A DNA stretch of 64,000 nucleotides from Octopus vulgaris. Lineage: Eukaryota. Below the pieces are notes generated by a model, which saw nothing but the letters and a program-made list of their open reading frames with translations, was not told the DNA's origin and ran no database searches. Shown in pieces: positions 1 through 13,939 of the stretch (positions are counted from its first letter, which is position 1; every line of letters starts with the position of its first letter). Both the position numbers and the translations under genes were made by a program. The DNA lies in NCBI GenBank assembly GCA_951406725.2, contig OX597831.1, positions 36,518,001-36,582,000 of the forward strand, written 5' to 3'.

Positions 1-195
1 TTGTCAAGTGGTATTGGGGGGTAAACACAACACAAATACATTCATATATATATAACAGGATTCTTTCAGTTTCATCTACTAAATCCACTCACAAGACTTT
101 GGTCAGCCCAGCGCTTCAGTAGAAGACACTTGCTTAAGATATCCTGTAGTGGGACTGAACTTAGGACCACATGATTGGGAAGCAATCATCTTAAC
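1..195 (-). mobile_element. tRNA-derived SINE, family A (CORE-SINE-like), partial
   Basis: Reverse complement matches the family A head seen about 20 times in the window (A/B-box-like motifs, ...gcaagtgtcttctact..., gagtggattt.gtagatgaaactgaaagaa). Confidence 0.8.
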
Positions 196-550
196 TACAA
201 AATCCCTGTCTATGCCTGTTATGATTTCATAATTGAAAAGATAAAGTTAACGAATGAAGTGAAATAATTCAGTGGAGTTGATAAGCAAATACCGAAGACA
301 GTACACCAAAAAAATAAAAAAATTAATTAGCTTAAATTTCATCCTAATTGATTTTAAGTAATGAAGAATATTTTCTGAATGAGATTCAGTACATTATCCA
401 AAGAGGTGATGTATAAGCAAATGGGGGTGATTGTTAACTAAAAAGCTAACTTGATACAAGAGGTAAATAAAGAGAGAGGAGGAGATAGATATGAAACAGA
501 GGCAAAGTTGATAAATAATTAAAAGTTTGATCTTTGTGGGCTAAAGACAA

Positions 551-590
551 CTAAGGACATGTTTCAGTCTATTGGATCTCATCAGCACAA
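551..590 (-). ncRNA. Degenerate minimal hammerhead-ribozyme-like motif
   Basis: Minus strand reads CTGATGA-gatccaatagact-GAAAC-AT-GTC. Both core boxes, palindromic ACATGT and a GUC triplet are present, but stems I and II pair poorly. Confidence 0.4.
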
Positions 591-892
591 TACACTACTG
601 AAGCTTGCTTGACCATTAGACAACATTTTACACGTGGAAAAAAATAGTTAGGAAGGATGTTTCAGTGATATCTTGTATCTTTCATTTGATTCAGTCATTA
701 GACTGTGGCCATACTGAGACACAGTGGATTTTAACTAACAAAGAATATTTTCTGAATGAGATTCAGTACATTATCCTTTCACTTATTGAATTTATGCCAT
801 TGATTTGTTTGAGTCATTTCTCTAAGTTCATGTTATTTTATAATTATGTATATTACATGGCTAAAAATGATACATAGTTTATACTTATGAAG

Positions 893-1550
893 TTGTATTG
901 CAAGATTCTTGATGTGAAACCATGTGTTGAAACATATATTGTTATATTTCGTGATGGTTATTTCCATTGTTTTTTTCTTTTTTTTGCCAAATAAACACAA
1001 TCACTATATATAGATTAAACAGAACAAGGGGACACACATGGATGGAAAGGATTCCTGAAGAGGTCATAGATGTGTGACGAAGGATTTCCAGACAATGGAT
1101 TAAGAAAACATTAGAACAGTAATAAACAAGTGAAGAATGAATATGTATGCCTTACTGGCACCTGTGCCAGTGACATGGGAAGAAATACTCGAGCGAGGTC
1201 ATTTCCAGTGTCGCTGGACTGGCTCCTGTGCAGGTGGCACATAAAGAACACCATTTGAGCATGGCCATTGCCAGTACCACCTGACTGGCCCTTGTGCCAG
1301 TGGCACATAAAAGCACCCACTACACTTCGGAGAGGTTGGCGTTAGGAAGGGCATCCAGCTGTAGAAACTCTGCCAGATCAAGATTGGAGTCTGGTGCAGG
1401 CATCTGGTTCGCCAGTCCTCAGTCAAATCGTCCAACCCATGCTAGCATGGGAAGTGGAATTTAAACTATGATGATGATGATGATGATGTTTATTTGGCCA
1501 AAAACAAAAACAAAAGAAAAATGACCATCCCAAAATATAACAATACAGAT
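893..1550. mobile_element. Family E inverted-repeat element with central HHR-like motif, interrupted by a family B SINE
   Basis: tattgttatatttcgtgatggtta...gccaaataaaca (about 937-998) is inverted at about 1487-1544. The element is homologous to 20005-20305. Confidence 0.65.
1147..1487 (+). mobile_element. SINE family B with (GAT)n tail
   Basis: aaagcacccactacact...ggttggcgttaggaagggcatccagctgtagaaac...ccaacccatgctagcatgg...(gat)n. Other copies at about 2560-2770(-), 5150-5290(-), 20690-20880(-), 32370-32577, 41685-41815, 42170-42455, 44235-44290, 51225-51470(-) and 56375-56515. Confidence 0.85.
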
Positions 1551-1919
1551 ATATAACATGTTTTCTGTACGTAAAAGTTCTTCTTAACTTATGAAGTCTG
1601 CCTCTGCAGGCTGTACATAACCATAATTAGCATTTGTTTACAAACAAGAGAAAAAAGACTTTCTATTTTCTAAGGATGTAAATATATTTTAAAAATTAAT
1701 TTTCAGGAATTAACTTGCTTCTCTTTAGGGGATACGCTCACACCTTAGCAGTTGTTAGGTTTTTTTCATTTATTTTCACCAACAAAAACAAGAATTTCAC
1801 TTTTTTTACAGATGGCATTCAGTACATTACTCATTTATCCAAATACAAGTAAATAGACCATTTGCTCACTTTAATTTTTAATTAGAGCAGATTACAGTTG
1901 CGAAATTCTGGTTATGACC

Positions 1920-1924
<5 letters not shown>

Positions 1925-1991
<67 letters not shown>

Positions 1992-2355
1992 CTCGCTCTC
2001 GCTCTCGCTCTCTCTCACTCCAACAAAAGTGCGATTATATTGGCATAGAAATCTCTCACACTATGTATGTGCATATATGTGCATGTATGTATGTGTGTGT
2101 ATACATAAATATACACACACACACACACACATATATACATATGAATATACATATATGTATATATATATATGTGTGTGAGTGTGTGTGTGTGTATGTGTGT
2201 GTGTATACATATAATACATACATACACATACATACATATATGTACATATATATATATGTATCTATATCTGTCTATGTCTATCTATGTAAATGTATTAATA
2301 CACACACACAAACATATACATACATAGATTCATGCACAAACATACATACACATAT
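1925..2355. repeat. Compound microsatellite (CT)n/(CTCGCT)n/(TA,CA,TG)n
   Basis: Directly visible. Confidence 0.95.
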
Positions 2356-3379
2356 AAAGGTCCAAACTTGGCTGTGTGGTTAGAATCTAATTAGTTTTAG
2401 GTGTGTGGCAACTTGGACAGGTGTCATATCTTTAACTATAACCTCAAGCTGACCAAAGTTATCAAAGTCTTCTAATACTCATGAGATTTTGAATGTTTTG
2501 GTAAACCAAAACTGAAAAAGGTCCCCAATTTGTGTGTTAGTATATATATATATATATATATCATCATCATCATCATCATCGTTTAACCTTCATTTTCCAT
2601 GCTATCATGGGTTGGACGGTTTGACCGGGGTCTGGGAAGGCAGGAGGCTGCACCAGGCTCCAGTCTGATCTGGCAGTGTTTTTACAGGTGGATGCCCTTC
2701 CTAACATCAACCACTCCGTGAATGTAGTGGGTGCTTTTTACATGCCACCGGCATGGGTATCACAACTACAATTTCCATTTGATTTTTATTTTGATGTTCT
2801 TGACTCAATAGGTCTCCTCAAGTACTGCAGGTCATCCTATGATCCAAGGTAAGCACAGCAGGCCGTCCTGCGATCCAAGGTACTTTGGATGGTCTGGGGC
2901 TGCTATGTGCAGCTGGTGCAGGAAACAGCCATGAACTCACGTTATATAGAATTAAAATAATAAATTATATATATATATGCATCTATATATATATATATAT
3001 ACATCTATATATATGACGCACACATACATACACACATACACATATATATATGTATATAAATATATATACATACATATATACATATATGCATTTATGGGTA
3101 CAGGATGTCACCAACTGGGCAAACATGAAAGACGTAAACAACAGGAGGAAAAAATTTGAAGCAGGACAATAAACATAGAGAAAGGACCCTTCATCAGTTG
3201 TCGGCTGTTTATCTACTCCTTATTTCAAGTATTCAATGATAATATAAGTCTTCAAAGACAGTTGCTCCCTTAAATACTAAAATAAAATTTAGGATTTATG
3301 TAGGGTCAAAGTTGGGAACAAAAACAGGACAGTGGATACATACAATGAAACTGAATGAAAACAAACATATACATAGGCA

Positions 3380-3478
3380 CAGGTGTGGATGTGTCTTCTA
3401 ATATACCCTTGGGCTGACCAAAGCCATGCAAGTGGATTTGGTAACTGGAAACTGAAAGAATCCTGTTGTATACATACA

Positions 3479-3543
<65 letters not shown>

Positions 3544-3730
3544 ATGTATATTTTTGTGTGTGTCTGTGTTTGCCACCATACCCACCCCACCACTTGACAA
3601 CTGGTGTTGGTGTGTTTACGTCCCTGTAACTTAGCTGTTCGGCAAATGAGACTGATAGAATAAGTATTAGGCTTAGCATCAATTTGCTCAAATAAACCCT
3701 TCAAGGCAGTGCTCCAGCAAGGCCACAGGC
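3380..3730 (+). mobile_element. SINE family A with internal microsatellite
   Basis: gtgtcttct..gtggatttggta..gaaactgaaagaa-(TACA/TA/TG)n-cttgacaac..gatagaataagta..gtgctccagca. Confidence 0.8.
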
Positions 3731-4255
3731 AAATGAACTTCAGGGTTTCGCTCATAAACACATACATCGCCCGGTCTGAGATTCGAACCCACGATCCCTC
3801 GACCATGAGTCTGCTGCTATAACCACTAGGCCATGTGTTTCCACTATAGATATTTTTACTATGCACAAATTCTGTTGGAATTAAATTGGCCTGTTTTTAT
3901 ATCCATAAAAGTGTAATCATTAGTAATATGAATCAAGTAATTTAAAGAAATACAACACTGTATGTATGCGTATCACAATTTGGGGACAATAGCATTATTA
4001 GGTACAGGTTCTCAGTTTTCCGATACTTGATTCCTGCATCTCAAGTTGTAAGAGCAGTGATAAAGAGCCTGAGGAATTTGGTGTAAAACAAATATTGACA
4101 GGAGACTTTGAACAATGAACACCACTTTTCTCATTGATGCTTATACCATTCATTATAAGATATTATATATATATATATATACATACTCACACACACATAT
4201 ATATGTACACATACATACATATACACACACACATATATATACACATACACATAAA

Positions 4256-4326
<71 letters not shown>

Positions 4327-4328
<2 letters not shown>

Positions 4329-4532
4329 CAAATATATAACAAAAACACCAGGACTTACAAACACATATAACATACAGAAAATTGCACTACTAGGCACTGC
4401 ACACATCCTACGCAGAACACTTTCCATACAATAACCATCAGAGCATCACAACAAATCACAGCACATACCCAAGGCACACAGAGCTGCGCTCGGTAGTGAA
4501 GTGAAAGCACGCTATAAAAATAAAACTACTGA
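4327..4532 (+). mobile_element. 3' end of R4/Dong-like RLE LINE in (AAT)n
   Basis: Translates as KYITKTPGLTNTYNIQKIALLGTAHILRRTLSIQ*, the Q-K-x-A-L-L-G-T-A-x-I-L-R C-terminus typical of the R4/Dong clade. Flanked on both sides by (AAT)n. Confidence 0.75.
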
Positions 4533-4562
4533 ATAATAATAATAATAATAATGATAATAATG

Positions 4563-4870
4563 TGGAGGCGCAATGGCCCAGTGGTTAGGGCAGCGAACTC
4601 TCGGTTTTAGGATCACAGTTTCGATTCCCAGACCGGGCTTTGTGAGTGTTTACTAAGCGAAAACACCTAAAGCTCCACGAGGCTCCGGCACCACCAGGGT
4701 GGTGGCGATCCCTGCTGTACTCTTTCACCACAACTTTTTCTCACCCTTTCTTCTGTTGACCTGTTCACTTAGCCAAGTGGGGTGGCGTCATTTGAAGGCT
4801 AAAACAATGCGAAGCGCATTGTGACCAGTGATGTGTAGCAACATCTGATAGCCTGGTCGGTTACGGTGAT
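4563..4870 (+). mobile_element. tRNA-headed SINE (separate family)
   Basis: A box TGGCCCAGTGG and B-box-like GTTTCGATTCC. The same head occurs at 56022-56170. Confidence 0.75.
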
Positions 4871-5021
4871 ATAATAATAATAATATTAGTGAATATGATT
4901 CCATACTTACAGGGAAAAATTCAATTTAGTAATACTAAATCAAATTTCACAATATATATATACATATATATAAATTAGAGAAGAACCACCATGAAGCAAT
5001 TCAACAATGATATACTTAACA

Positions 5022-5135
5022 TACCTTAGGAATGAGAACCCAGGTTCGAAATTTCCCCAAGACACCTGATGAAGCAACAAACAAAATGAGGACAAATATC
5101 CATTAAATGTAAATAAAGTAAATAATGTAAATAAT
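5022..5135 (+). mobile_element. Family D SINE fragment with HHR internally deleted
   Basis: taccttaggaatgagaacccaggttcgaaatttccccaagacacctgatgaag|caacaaacaaaatgaggac: stem II and the GAAA box are missing. Confidence 0.8.
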
Positions 5136-5494
5136 ATGCTATTTTGGTATGATTTCCATGACTGGATGCCCTTCCTAGCACCAGCCACTTTACAGTGTAC
5201 TGAGTGATTTTACGCTTTTACGTGGCACAGGGACTTTCACGTGGCACTGTCACGGGTGCTTTTTATGTGGCACCAGCACCCATGATCCTGCAATGTTAGG
5301 ATCAGTTGGCTGAAAAGGTATGTAGGGGACATGCCAATATGAAAGGACAGCCATGTTTTTACTTAGTTTGACATGCCTTCTGAAGCACAGCAAGCCACCA
5401 AAAGTTTTGGTCCCTTGTATTCCTCTCTATGAAACCCAACGTCTGAAGATCGTTTCTTCATTCCATGTCTTACTCTCTTTTACTCTCATTTACT

Positions 5495-5790
5495 CGTTTA
5501 CTTGTTTCAGTCATTAGACTGTTGCCATGCTGGAGCACCGCCTTTAGTTGAGCAAATCGACCCCAGGACTTATTCTTTGTAATCCTAGTACTTATTCTAT
5601 CAGTCTCTTATGCTGAACAGCTAGGTTACAGGGACATTAACACACCAGCATCGGTTGTCAAGCGATGTTGGGAGAACAAACACAAGCACACAAATGTATA
5701 CACACATACATATATATACATATACATATACATATATACGACGGGCTTCTTTCAGTTTCTGTCTACCAAATCCACTCACAAAGCCATGTG
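5495..5790 (-). mobile_element. SINE family A, 3' part
   Basis: Matches the family A body and tail. Confidence 0.8.
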
Positions 5791-7825
5791 GTTGGTAAGC
5801 ATCTCCTATATCTACTGATAAAGGGGTGAGAGAAAGAGACTCACAATGCTGAAGGAGATATTTGTTTATATGTTGGAAAGAAGGCACAAACGGTGTCTAG
5901 TGGCAGGGTAAAGGATGTTACCTTTTTATAGGAAAAGGACACCCCATCTAGTTTTAAGTGCATGGCATCTTGGATTGGTGTAATATCTTTAACTATAATC
6001 TCAGGCTGACCAAAGTGATTAAAGTCTTGCAATACCCATCAGATTTCAGGAGGTGGAGATAAATCTCTGAAAGAGAAATATTGAAGAATTTCAAGAGCAA
6101 GTGAAGTGCTAAGCCTTACAAGAGTGAAGTCTTCTACTTTCAATTCAAACCTAATAATATTCCTTCCATTACATGCAAAATGTACTTCCTGGGGCTAAAA
6201 TGGAGGCAAATTATCACCTAATGTATGGAATTTATATCAAATAAAATTGTGAATAATTAAAAGCAATTACTGAACCCCTACAAAGCTGGGGTGAGACACA
6301 CAATGTAATATTGCTCTTACATCTAGAATGGTACTAATGCTAAACACAGACATCCTAGACTACTCCCAGAACAAGGTCAGTTGACTGATAGGAATAAAGT
6401 CATTCAGGCATGCCCTAGCCCCTGTCACACAGGTAAGCTGTCATCTCGCTCTGTCCATTTTACCACTACTGCAATGAGCTCTGCTCCATGTAAAATACTA
6501 GACTCTTGGCACCCTTTACTCATGCATTTCCATCCTATTTGTCTCTCTTTCTCTCATTACCCTTGAGTTTAATTCCCCTCTGGGCCTCACACTATTTTTG
6601 ACACCCAGTTGTTCCTTGACAGAAAGTCATCCCCTGGAACTTCATCTGTGGTAATACCTTTCCCACAGGTAACCACGGGAAGAGCATTAATGACATCAGT
6701 CTCAACAGTCGAAGAGGACAGGTGAGAGCCAAGGATACTTCCTCATCCTGCAAATTCAGTAAGCAGGAAACGAAACAATTGATTTGCATCCTCAAATAAG
6801 ATACAATAATGTGTGAATTGTACATCAGATTTGAATTAGAAGGAACACATTGACCATCAAATAGAGAAAGCTGCAAGAGAAAATATTAAATCAATACAGT
6901 GTAAAATGAAATAAGATTAAGAAAGAAAAAAAAAGAAAACGTGTACCACCAAGATAAATAAGCCAAGTAAATAATGATATTAAGTATACAACAGAGCCAA
7001 GTTTATAAAATATTATATAATTTTAGCAAATCATTAATTGTAAAGTAATTCACCTTCTGTGAATTCCATTTCATGGAAAGCAATATTATATAATTGTTCC
7101 ACAGAGGTTCTGTATGTGTAATGGTTATCTAAATATACAGAATGGCAAATATATGTATGCAATGTGAACAATCAGCCATATAATAACAGTCTTTGCTGAG
7201 AAATAAAGTCGTATTCAAGTCCATTTTAGAGCATTGTAAATTTAATTGGCTATATGTTCATTTCTTGAAATCACTTTATCCACCTAAGTTTGCGCATTTG
7301 CAGTAAGTAATGATAACACTATACTTCATCTGTTAAAGGCCTCGGCTATAATTACGATGTCAACGATTGGAAAGACGGCAAATATAAATTATCTACTGCA
7401 GTGTGTTAATAAATATTAATACTGGTCTTCGGATTATACTGGCTGGTAAACTAAGACGTGAAATGATCCTTGATTCAACATGCTTATTTGCAAAGCAAAG
7501 TTAGATTAACAAGCAGTTTCCAACAATGCACATATATCTTGCCATAAAAAGGCATGGCTGTGTGGTTAAGAGGTTTGCTTCCTAACCATGTGGTTCGAGG
7601 TTCTGTCCCAGTGTGCAGCAGCTTGGGTAAATGTTATTTACATAGATAGATAGATGTATGTATGTATGTATGTATGTATGTATGTATGTATGCATGTATG
7701 TATGTATGCATGTATGTATGCATGTATGTATGCATGTATGTATGCATGTATGTATGCATGTATGTATGCATGTATGCATGTATGTATGTATGTATGTATG
7801 CATGTATGTATGTATGTATGTATGT

Positions 7826-9190
7826 CTGTCATTCAGTTTTATTTCAAGATTTCTTGCAAATAGAGAAAGAACCGGTTTCTAACCTAGATCCAAGTTTCAT
7901 TCAATGGAATTTCAACATCAACAAAGGGATATTTTTGTTTGTATGTATGTAGGTATGTGTGCAGATTTGTATGTTTTGTTTTATGTATGTATTCTTATGC
8001 ATATAGCTGCATATCTAGACATGTTAATATATATTTAAATGATAAACTTCTGGAAAGTTTTACAGATTTTACAGTTCCAGTGATGGATTGGATCTGTAGT
8101 TTTCAAATTAGCTTTGTATTAGTTATGTATGCATGCATGTATGTATATGTGCAGATTTGTATGTTTTGTTTTATGTATGTATTCTCATGCATATAGTTGC
8201 ATATCTAGACATGCTCATGCATGTATGTATGTATGTATGTATGTATGTATGTATGTATGTATGTCATTATTCAGTTTTATTTCAAGATTTCTTGCCAATA
8301 GAGAAAGAACCGGTTTCTAACCTAGATCCAAGTTTCCTTCATTGGAATTTCAACATCAGGAACAGGATATTTTTGCTTATATGCATGTATGTATGTATGT
8401 ATGTATGTATATACAATTTGTATGTTTTATGCATGTATTCTTATGCATATAGCTGCATATCTAGACATGCTCATATATATTTAAATGATAAACTTCTGGA
8501 AAGTTTTACAGATTTTTACAGTTCCAGTGATGGATTGGATCTGTAGTCTTCGATTTAGCTTTCTCCTTTCTGGTTTTTAGAAGCCTAATTTCTCAAGATT
8601 GGTATTTAGGCAGTGTGTTACATATCCTAAGGCCCCACTAATTACAGTTATAAACCTGAACTCGTAATCTGGATAGAGTAACTACAGATTTCTCAATAGT
8701 TCAGCAGAGATGTTCTCTTTTTCACTGATCTTCAGCTTTACCATACTGTGGGTTCTTATTTCTTTGTCCTCAGGATTATCCTTCCGACGGATTCCATTAT
8801 AGTGTCCTAGCTACAACGTCATGTCTCATTGGTAGATATAACCATGATGACATTTTCGGACAACTGCTTAGGATGTAGGTGATATCTTCAGTGTGAACTC
8901 CACAAAGTCTGCATCAGTTGTCACATTTTACGGATTTTCCCACATCTCTATCCCTTTTATGCATCAGGTTCTTGGTTGATATTTCCTGTCCCTGGATTGC
9001 AAAGTGGGAGGTAGTAATCTGGTTATTGATCCATGATAATCTGCTTTGATGATCGATTTGGTTTCTAAATTAGACCCAAGGCTCCTTCATTGGAATTTCA
9101 CCAACATCAACAGCGTATTTTTGTGTATGTGCAGATTTGCATGTTTTGTTTTAATGTATGTCTTCTCATGCTTATACTGGTATATGCATG
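7826..9190 (-). mobile_element. Cluster of 3' fragments of an RLE non-LTR retrotransposon embedded in (TACA)n
   Basis: Minus-strand translation gives ILSSCPKMSSWLYLPMRHDVVARTL (CCHC knuckle region) and FRFITVISGALGYVTHCLNTNLEKLGF...IQSITGTVKICKTF (RLE C-terminus) with stops. The 3' UTR recurs at about 7826-8110, 8262-8560 and 9055-9190. Confidence 0.75.
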
Positions 9191-9209
9191 TATGTATGTA
9201 TGTATGTAC

Positions 9210-9244
<35 letters not shown>

Positions 9245-9261
9245 TGTATGTATGTATGTAT

Positions 9262-9458
9262 AGGGAAAGTTTACGAAAAAAAACAAAAAACGAAGACAGG
9301 TGGTGTACAAAACAAACAGATGTATTAGTATAACGCTCAGGAATAGAAAATGTCTTTTACGTTTCAAGCCTACGCTCTTCTACAGAAAGGTACACAGAAA
9401 AAACAAGGAGAGAAACAAGGAGAGAGAAAAATGTGTGTAGTGGCTAACAATCTATCAT
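9262..9458 (-). mobile_element. Family F short repeat with HHR-like motif, in (TATG)n
   Basis: Homologous to 42775-42945. Minus strand reads CTTT-CTGTAGA-A-GAGC-gtag-GCTT-GAAA-CG-TA-AAAG. Confidence 0.65.
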
Positions 9459-10399
9459 GTATGTATGTATGTATGTATGCATGTATGTATGTAAGAATAT
9501 ATGTATGTGCCCTTTGCATTGTGCGATGGATGTCACCATCATATAAGTAACGTCATTTCTTTTCAGTCTTCTGTGAAAAACATGTCTGGCCATAGGGAAA
9601 TATTACTTTGCTAGGGAAGAAGTGCGGGTTGGCAATAGGAAGGGTAGCCAGACACAGAAAATTCCGTTTGAACCATGCAAGCATGGAAAAGTGGTTGTTC
9701 AAATGATGATAATAAAATATATTCCCAACTTTCAATACTGACAGAGAAATTTTCATTGATTTCAATTCCAAATCACAACTCAGATGTTATTGGTATTGAT
9801 TTGCCTCGACTCAAACTTGATCAAAGAAAACTATAATCAAATGTATTCTAGCTATATTCACTCCATCTTTTCCCAGACACAGTGTATCTAGGACTGCAAT
9901 GTTCAAAGGGACTGGTTTTTAAAATGTTCAAAATGTGTGATATGAGTGATATTTAGCTGTTAATTGTAGCAAATTTAGCAACCACACAAAGGCTTACCAC
10001 TCTATTTGATTTATTTGAAGAGATACAGAATATCAATTGGACATAAATCCAGCTTGTCATTCAGATCAATGTGCCGAATTTAACAGCTGTTACCTTAATA
10101 ACCAAAATTGTCTAAAAGCTGTGGAATTGCTTTAGAGCCTTCTCTTCTTATTAAATATTATCCTTCTCGTGAAAAACACTTCCATCATAATTAAGAGAAA
10201 TACAAGAGTCAGCTGAAAAGTTTGTGGTCTAATCAAGATGCTCTCCTGGAAAGTGGTGTCCAAATGAGGTTCATTTTTCAACCCTGTTACCCTTGTGGTT
10301 TAAACATGTCTTCCATCAGTGTTGCAGCACATGGATCCCATTGGTGAAGAAGCTGCAATTCTGTTGGTCTAAAAAACCCAGCAGCAGTAAATATGAAAA

Positions 10400-10622
10400 T
10401 ATGAGGAGCCATTATGAAAGACTTCTGAATGTGGAGATTGAATGGGAGGGGGAGAGCCTGCCAAATATTGACCCAGTTGAGGGACCAACTATCCGAATAG
10501 ACAGCTCCCTAGTAGATAAAGCAATTAAGGGTATGAAGCCAGGAAAAGCCCCTGGTCCATCAGGAATCACTGCTGAGATGCTTAAAACATCTGGTGGTGT
10601 GGGCTATGGCCTAGTCACCTGC
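10400..10622 (+). mobile_element. RTE-like LINE ORF2 fragment nested in the mariner
   Basis: HYERLLNVE...VDKAIKGMKPGKAPGPSGITAEMLK, the KAPGPDGI-type motif that precedes the RT domain. Confidence 0.85.
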
Positions 10623-11277
10623 ATTATTGTGATACTCATTCCCAGCCAATTGTTTTTCATGCTGGGGAACAGATGATAGTCAGATGGGACCAAATCAGGA
10701 AAATAGGGTGGGTGATCAAACAGTTCAAAGCTACAGTTATGCACAACAACCATTGAAACCAAGGACCTGTACACTGGGAGCATTGTCTTGATGAAACATG
10801 ACCCCATTGGTAATTTTCCTGGACCTTTGGTTTTGATAACTTTTTGTAACTGCCCCAGCAAGCTGGCATAGAACTCTCCATTGATGGTGCAGCTCTTTTG
10901 ACGATAGCCAATAAACACATGCCTTTTACATCCCCCAAAACTGAGGCTATAACCTTCCCTGCAAATAAAATGACTTTAGGCCACTTTAGGGCGCATGAAG
11001 AGGGGTGTTTCTACTGCATAGCTTGTCTCTTTGCCTCTGGCTCAAAGTGATTAAGTCAATATTCATCCTTGGTTAGAAAACATTCAAGGAAACCAGCTGG
11101 ATCTGCCTCAAACAATGTCAGATTTTCCTGTGATATGATCAGCCTGATACACTTTCGATCAAGTATCAGAAAAAAATGTCACCCACCAAGCAGAAACTTT
11201 TGTCAAGCCAAGTAAATTGTGCAGAATATTTTCAACTCTCTCATGCTAATAGCGTTTGATTTATTGCCAATCACCTA

Positions 11278-11401
11278 CACTGGCGAAAATAAATTTAAGA
11301 CCGATGATAAAAGATAAAATTAATTTCTATGGTTTTAGCAACAAAATATTTTGAAAGAAATAGAACTTTCATCATTGGTCTTAAATTTATTTTCACCAGT
11401 G
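11278..11401. mobile_element. 124-bp Tc1/mariner-type MITE nested in the mariner
   Basis: TIRs of about 30 bp (CACTGGCGAAAATAAATTTAAGACCGATGAT / ATCATTGGTCTTAAATTTATTTTCACCAGTG) with TA on both flanks. Confidence 0.8.
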
Positions 11402-11994
11402 TATCATCCATCATCATGAGGCGAACACAGTCAATGTTTTCTTTTGTGGTGACAGTTGCAGTAAGTCGAGATCTTGGGTCATCTTCAAGGCTCTCCCTTT
11501 CCCTTCTAAATTCTGATGCTCACTTTTGTATTGTTGATAAGGCTGAAGCATCATCCTCTAATGTAACAACCAACCATAACAGCACAAATGTCCTCTGGGG
11601 TTAAAAGCTTTTTTCTGTAGGTACTTGATAACACCATAATGCTAAATTTTGGGAATTCTCAAGAGGAGCCATCACTAGTTAATTTTGAAGTCTTCTTTGA
11701 AAAGTCAGATGTAAGTTCATCTGAAACGAAACAAGGAAATTATAATAAGAGTTGAAATTAATGCATGCAAGATTTCCCAGCTTTAACATCACTCCTTCAA
11801 ACAGTTCTAGAGTATAACTTTGACTGAGTAAGACCTATGATGAAGTACATTCCAACCATGGCTATCTAAATGTGTCCTTCGCTTTTTTCAGTGGATTCAA
11901 AGAAGGTTTTTTATTTTTTTGCTGTTATTTCAGTTGGTCAAGAAACCATGTAGAATCTCCCTTGTTGGTTCAACAGTTCAGAAATTGTAAATAG

Positions 11995-12745
<751 letters not shown>

Positions 12746-13062
12746 AATAAGCAGGATGCAGCAAATCTTTATCTAAGTAGATTAGACTAAATTACGAAGT
12801 ACAGTGCTGACAGTTCAAACATCTTTCATACAACAAAAGACAAATGGACACTGACATGGCTGAGTGATTGAGAAGTTTGTTTTACACCTGCATTGTTCCA
12901 TGTTTGATCACATGGCATGAAACATTATGTGAATGTACCTTTTAATAAGCCTTGGATTGATCAGTACCTTGTGATTGAGATTTGGTAAATGAGAGCAGTG
13001 CATGTGTGTGAGCAACCTTGGCCTAATTTCATGCTACCACCTGGATCTGACTCCCTTTAGTA

Positions 13063-13628
13063 CAGGGGTTGCCAAACATTTTCGACCATTGACCCCCATT
13101 AGCCATTTCTCCTTCTCCATTGACCCCCTTTAGCCACTTCTCTTTCCACATCGACCCTCTTTAGCCACTTCTCCCACATCAACCACTCTCATCATTTAAA
13201 ATATCTTAATACCCTACCCTACTCTACAGTACCATATCTTAAATGCGTACTGGGTACTGATGCTGGCAAATAAAATATTAACTAAAATATACATGTATGA
13301 CAAATTAAGAAATTCTATTGAAGATGACACACTTTTTACATTTAAAACTTCGCGTACGAGTATACCGTATTAAACTTTCAATGTTTATGAAATTGTTTTC
13401 ATGGTTAGAAAATGTGAAGAAATGCATCATATTGCTGGAATATCTTTTATTGAAATCGACAACATCAATGGGAGGGATGGGCATTGCGCTAAGTATTTCA
13501 AGCAGTTCATCTGGGTGAGCTGGTCTTTCACACGCTGACCCCCATTCGACCTCTTGGCTTTCATCGAACCCCTGTAATTCCTTGCCGACCCCTAGGGGGG
13601 TCCCTCAGGCCCCCTTTGGTGACCCCTG
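13063..13628. mobile_element. Non-autonomous hAT element
   Basis: TIRs CAGGGGTTGCCAAA / TTTGGTGACCCCTG and a perfect 8-bp TSD CTTTAGTA (13055-13062, 13629-13636). Confidence 0.9.
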
Positions 13629-13939
13629 CTTTAGTAGAATGCAATCTGCTGCATACATTCAGACCAGTCTCTGTTCTGAGAATGACTTCATTTGTTTCAC
13701 AAATCTTGGAGATTTGAAAGGGATCAAGAAACGACATCCTTTCTCTGGTGAAGCCATTAAATATAAATAGCTTAACATAATAAGCATCCAAGAAGAATAA
13801 TGACTGCTGCTTCAAAGCATGCATGCAAAATACGTTCATATTAGCCAAGAGAAATACGTGTAAAGTAGCTATTAGGATAATCAAAATCTTTTTCTTCCAA
13901 ACATTTATCTCACTTCTTACAGGGATCATTGAAATACCT

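Larger units (their letters stand above)
10201..11830 (-). mobile_element. Degenerate mariner transposon
   Basis: N-terminal EFRRERESLEDDPRS...TKENID (about 11410-11640) and catalytic TINGEFYASLL...HPPYFPDLVPSDYHLFPSMK (10630-10900). Frameshifted, ends approximate. Confidence 0.85.

Noticed and set aside
3185-3235. Minus-strand GAAA...CTGATGA possible type II hammerhead
   Set aside because: I could not form convincing stems I and III, and there is only one copy.
6592-6750. Minus-strand ORF after an acceptor-like ttgcAG
   Set aside because: No recognisable protein motif or donor. It could be a terminal exon or a decayed repeat, so it is unsupported.
8305-8345. ATGAAGGA-hairpin-GAAACCGGTT in the RLE LINE 3' UTR
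   Set aside because: The first core box does not match CUGANGA in any of three copies and there is no stem I.
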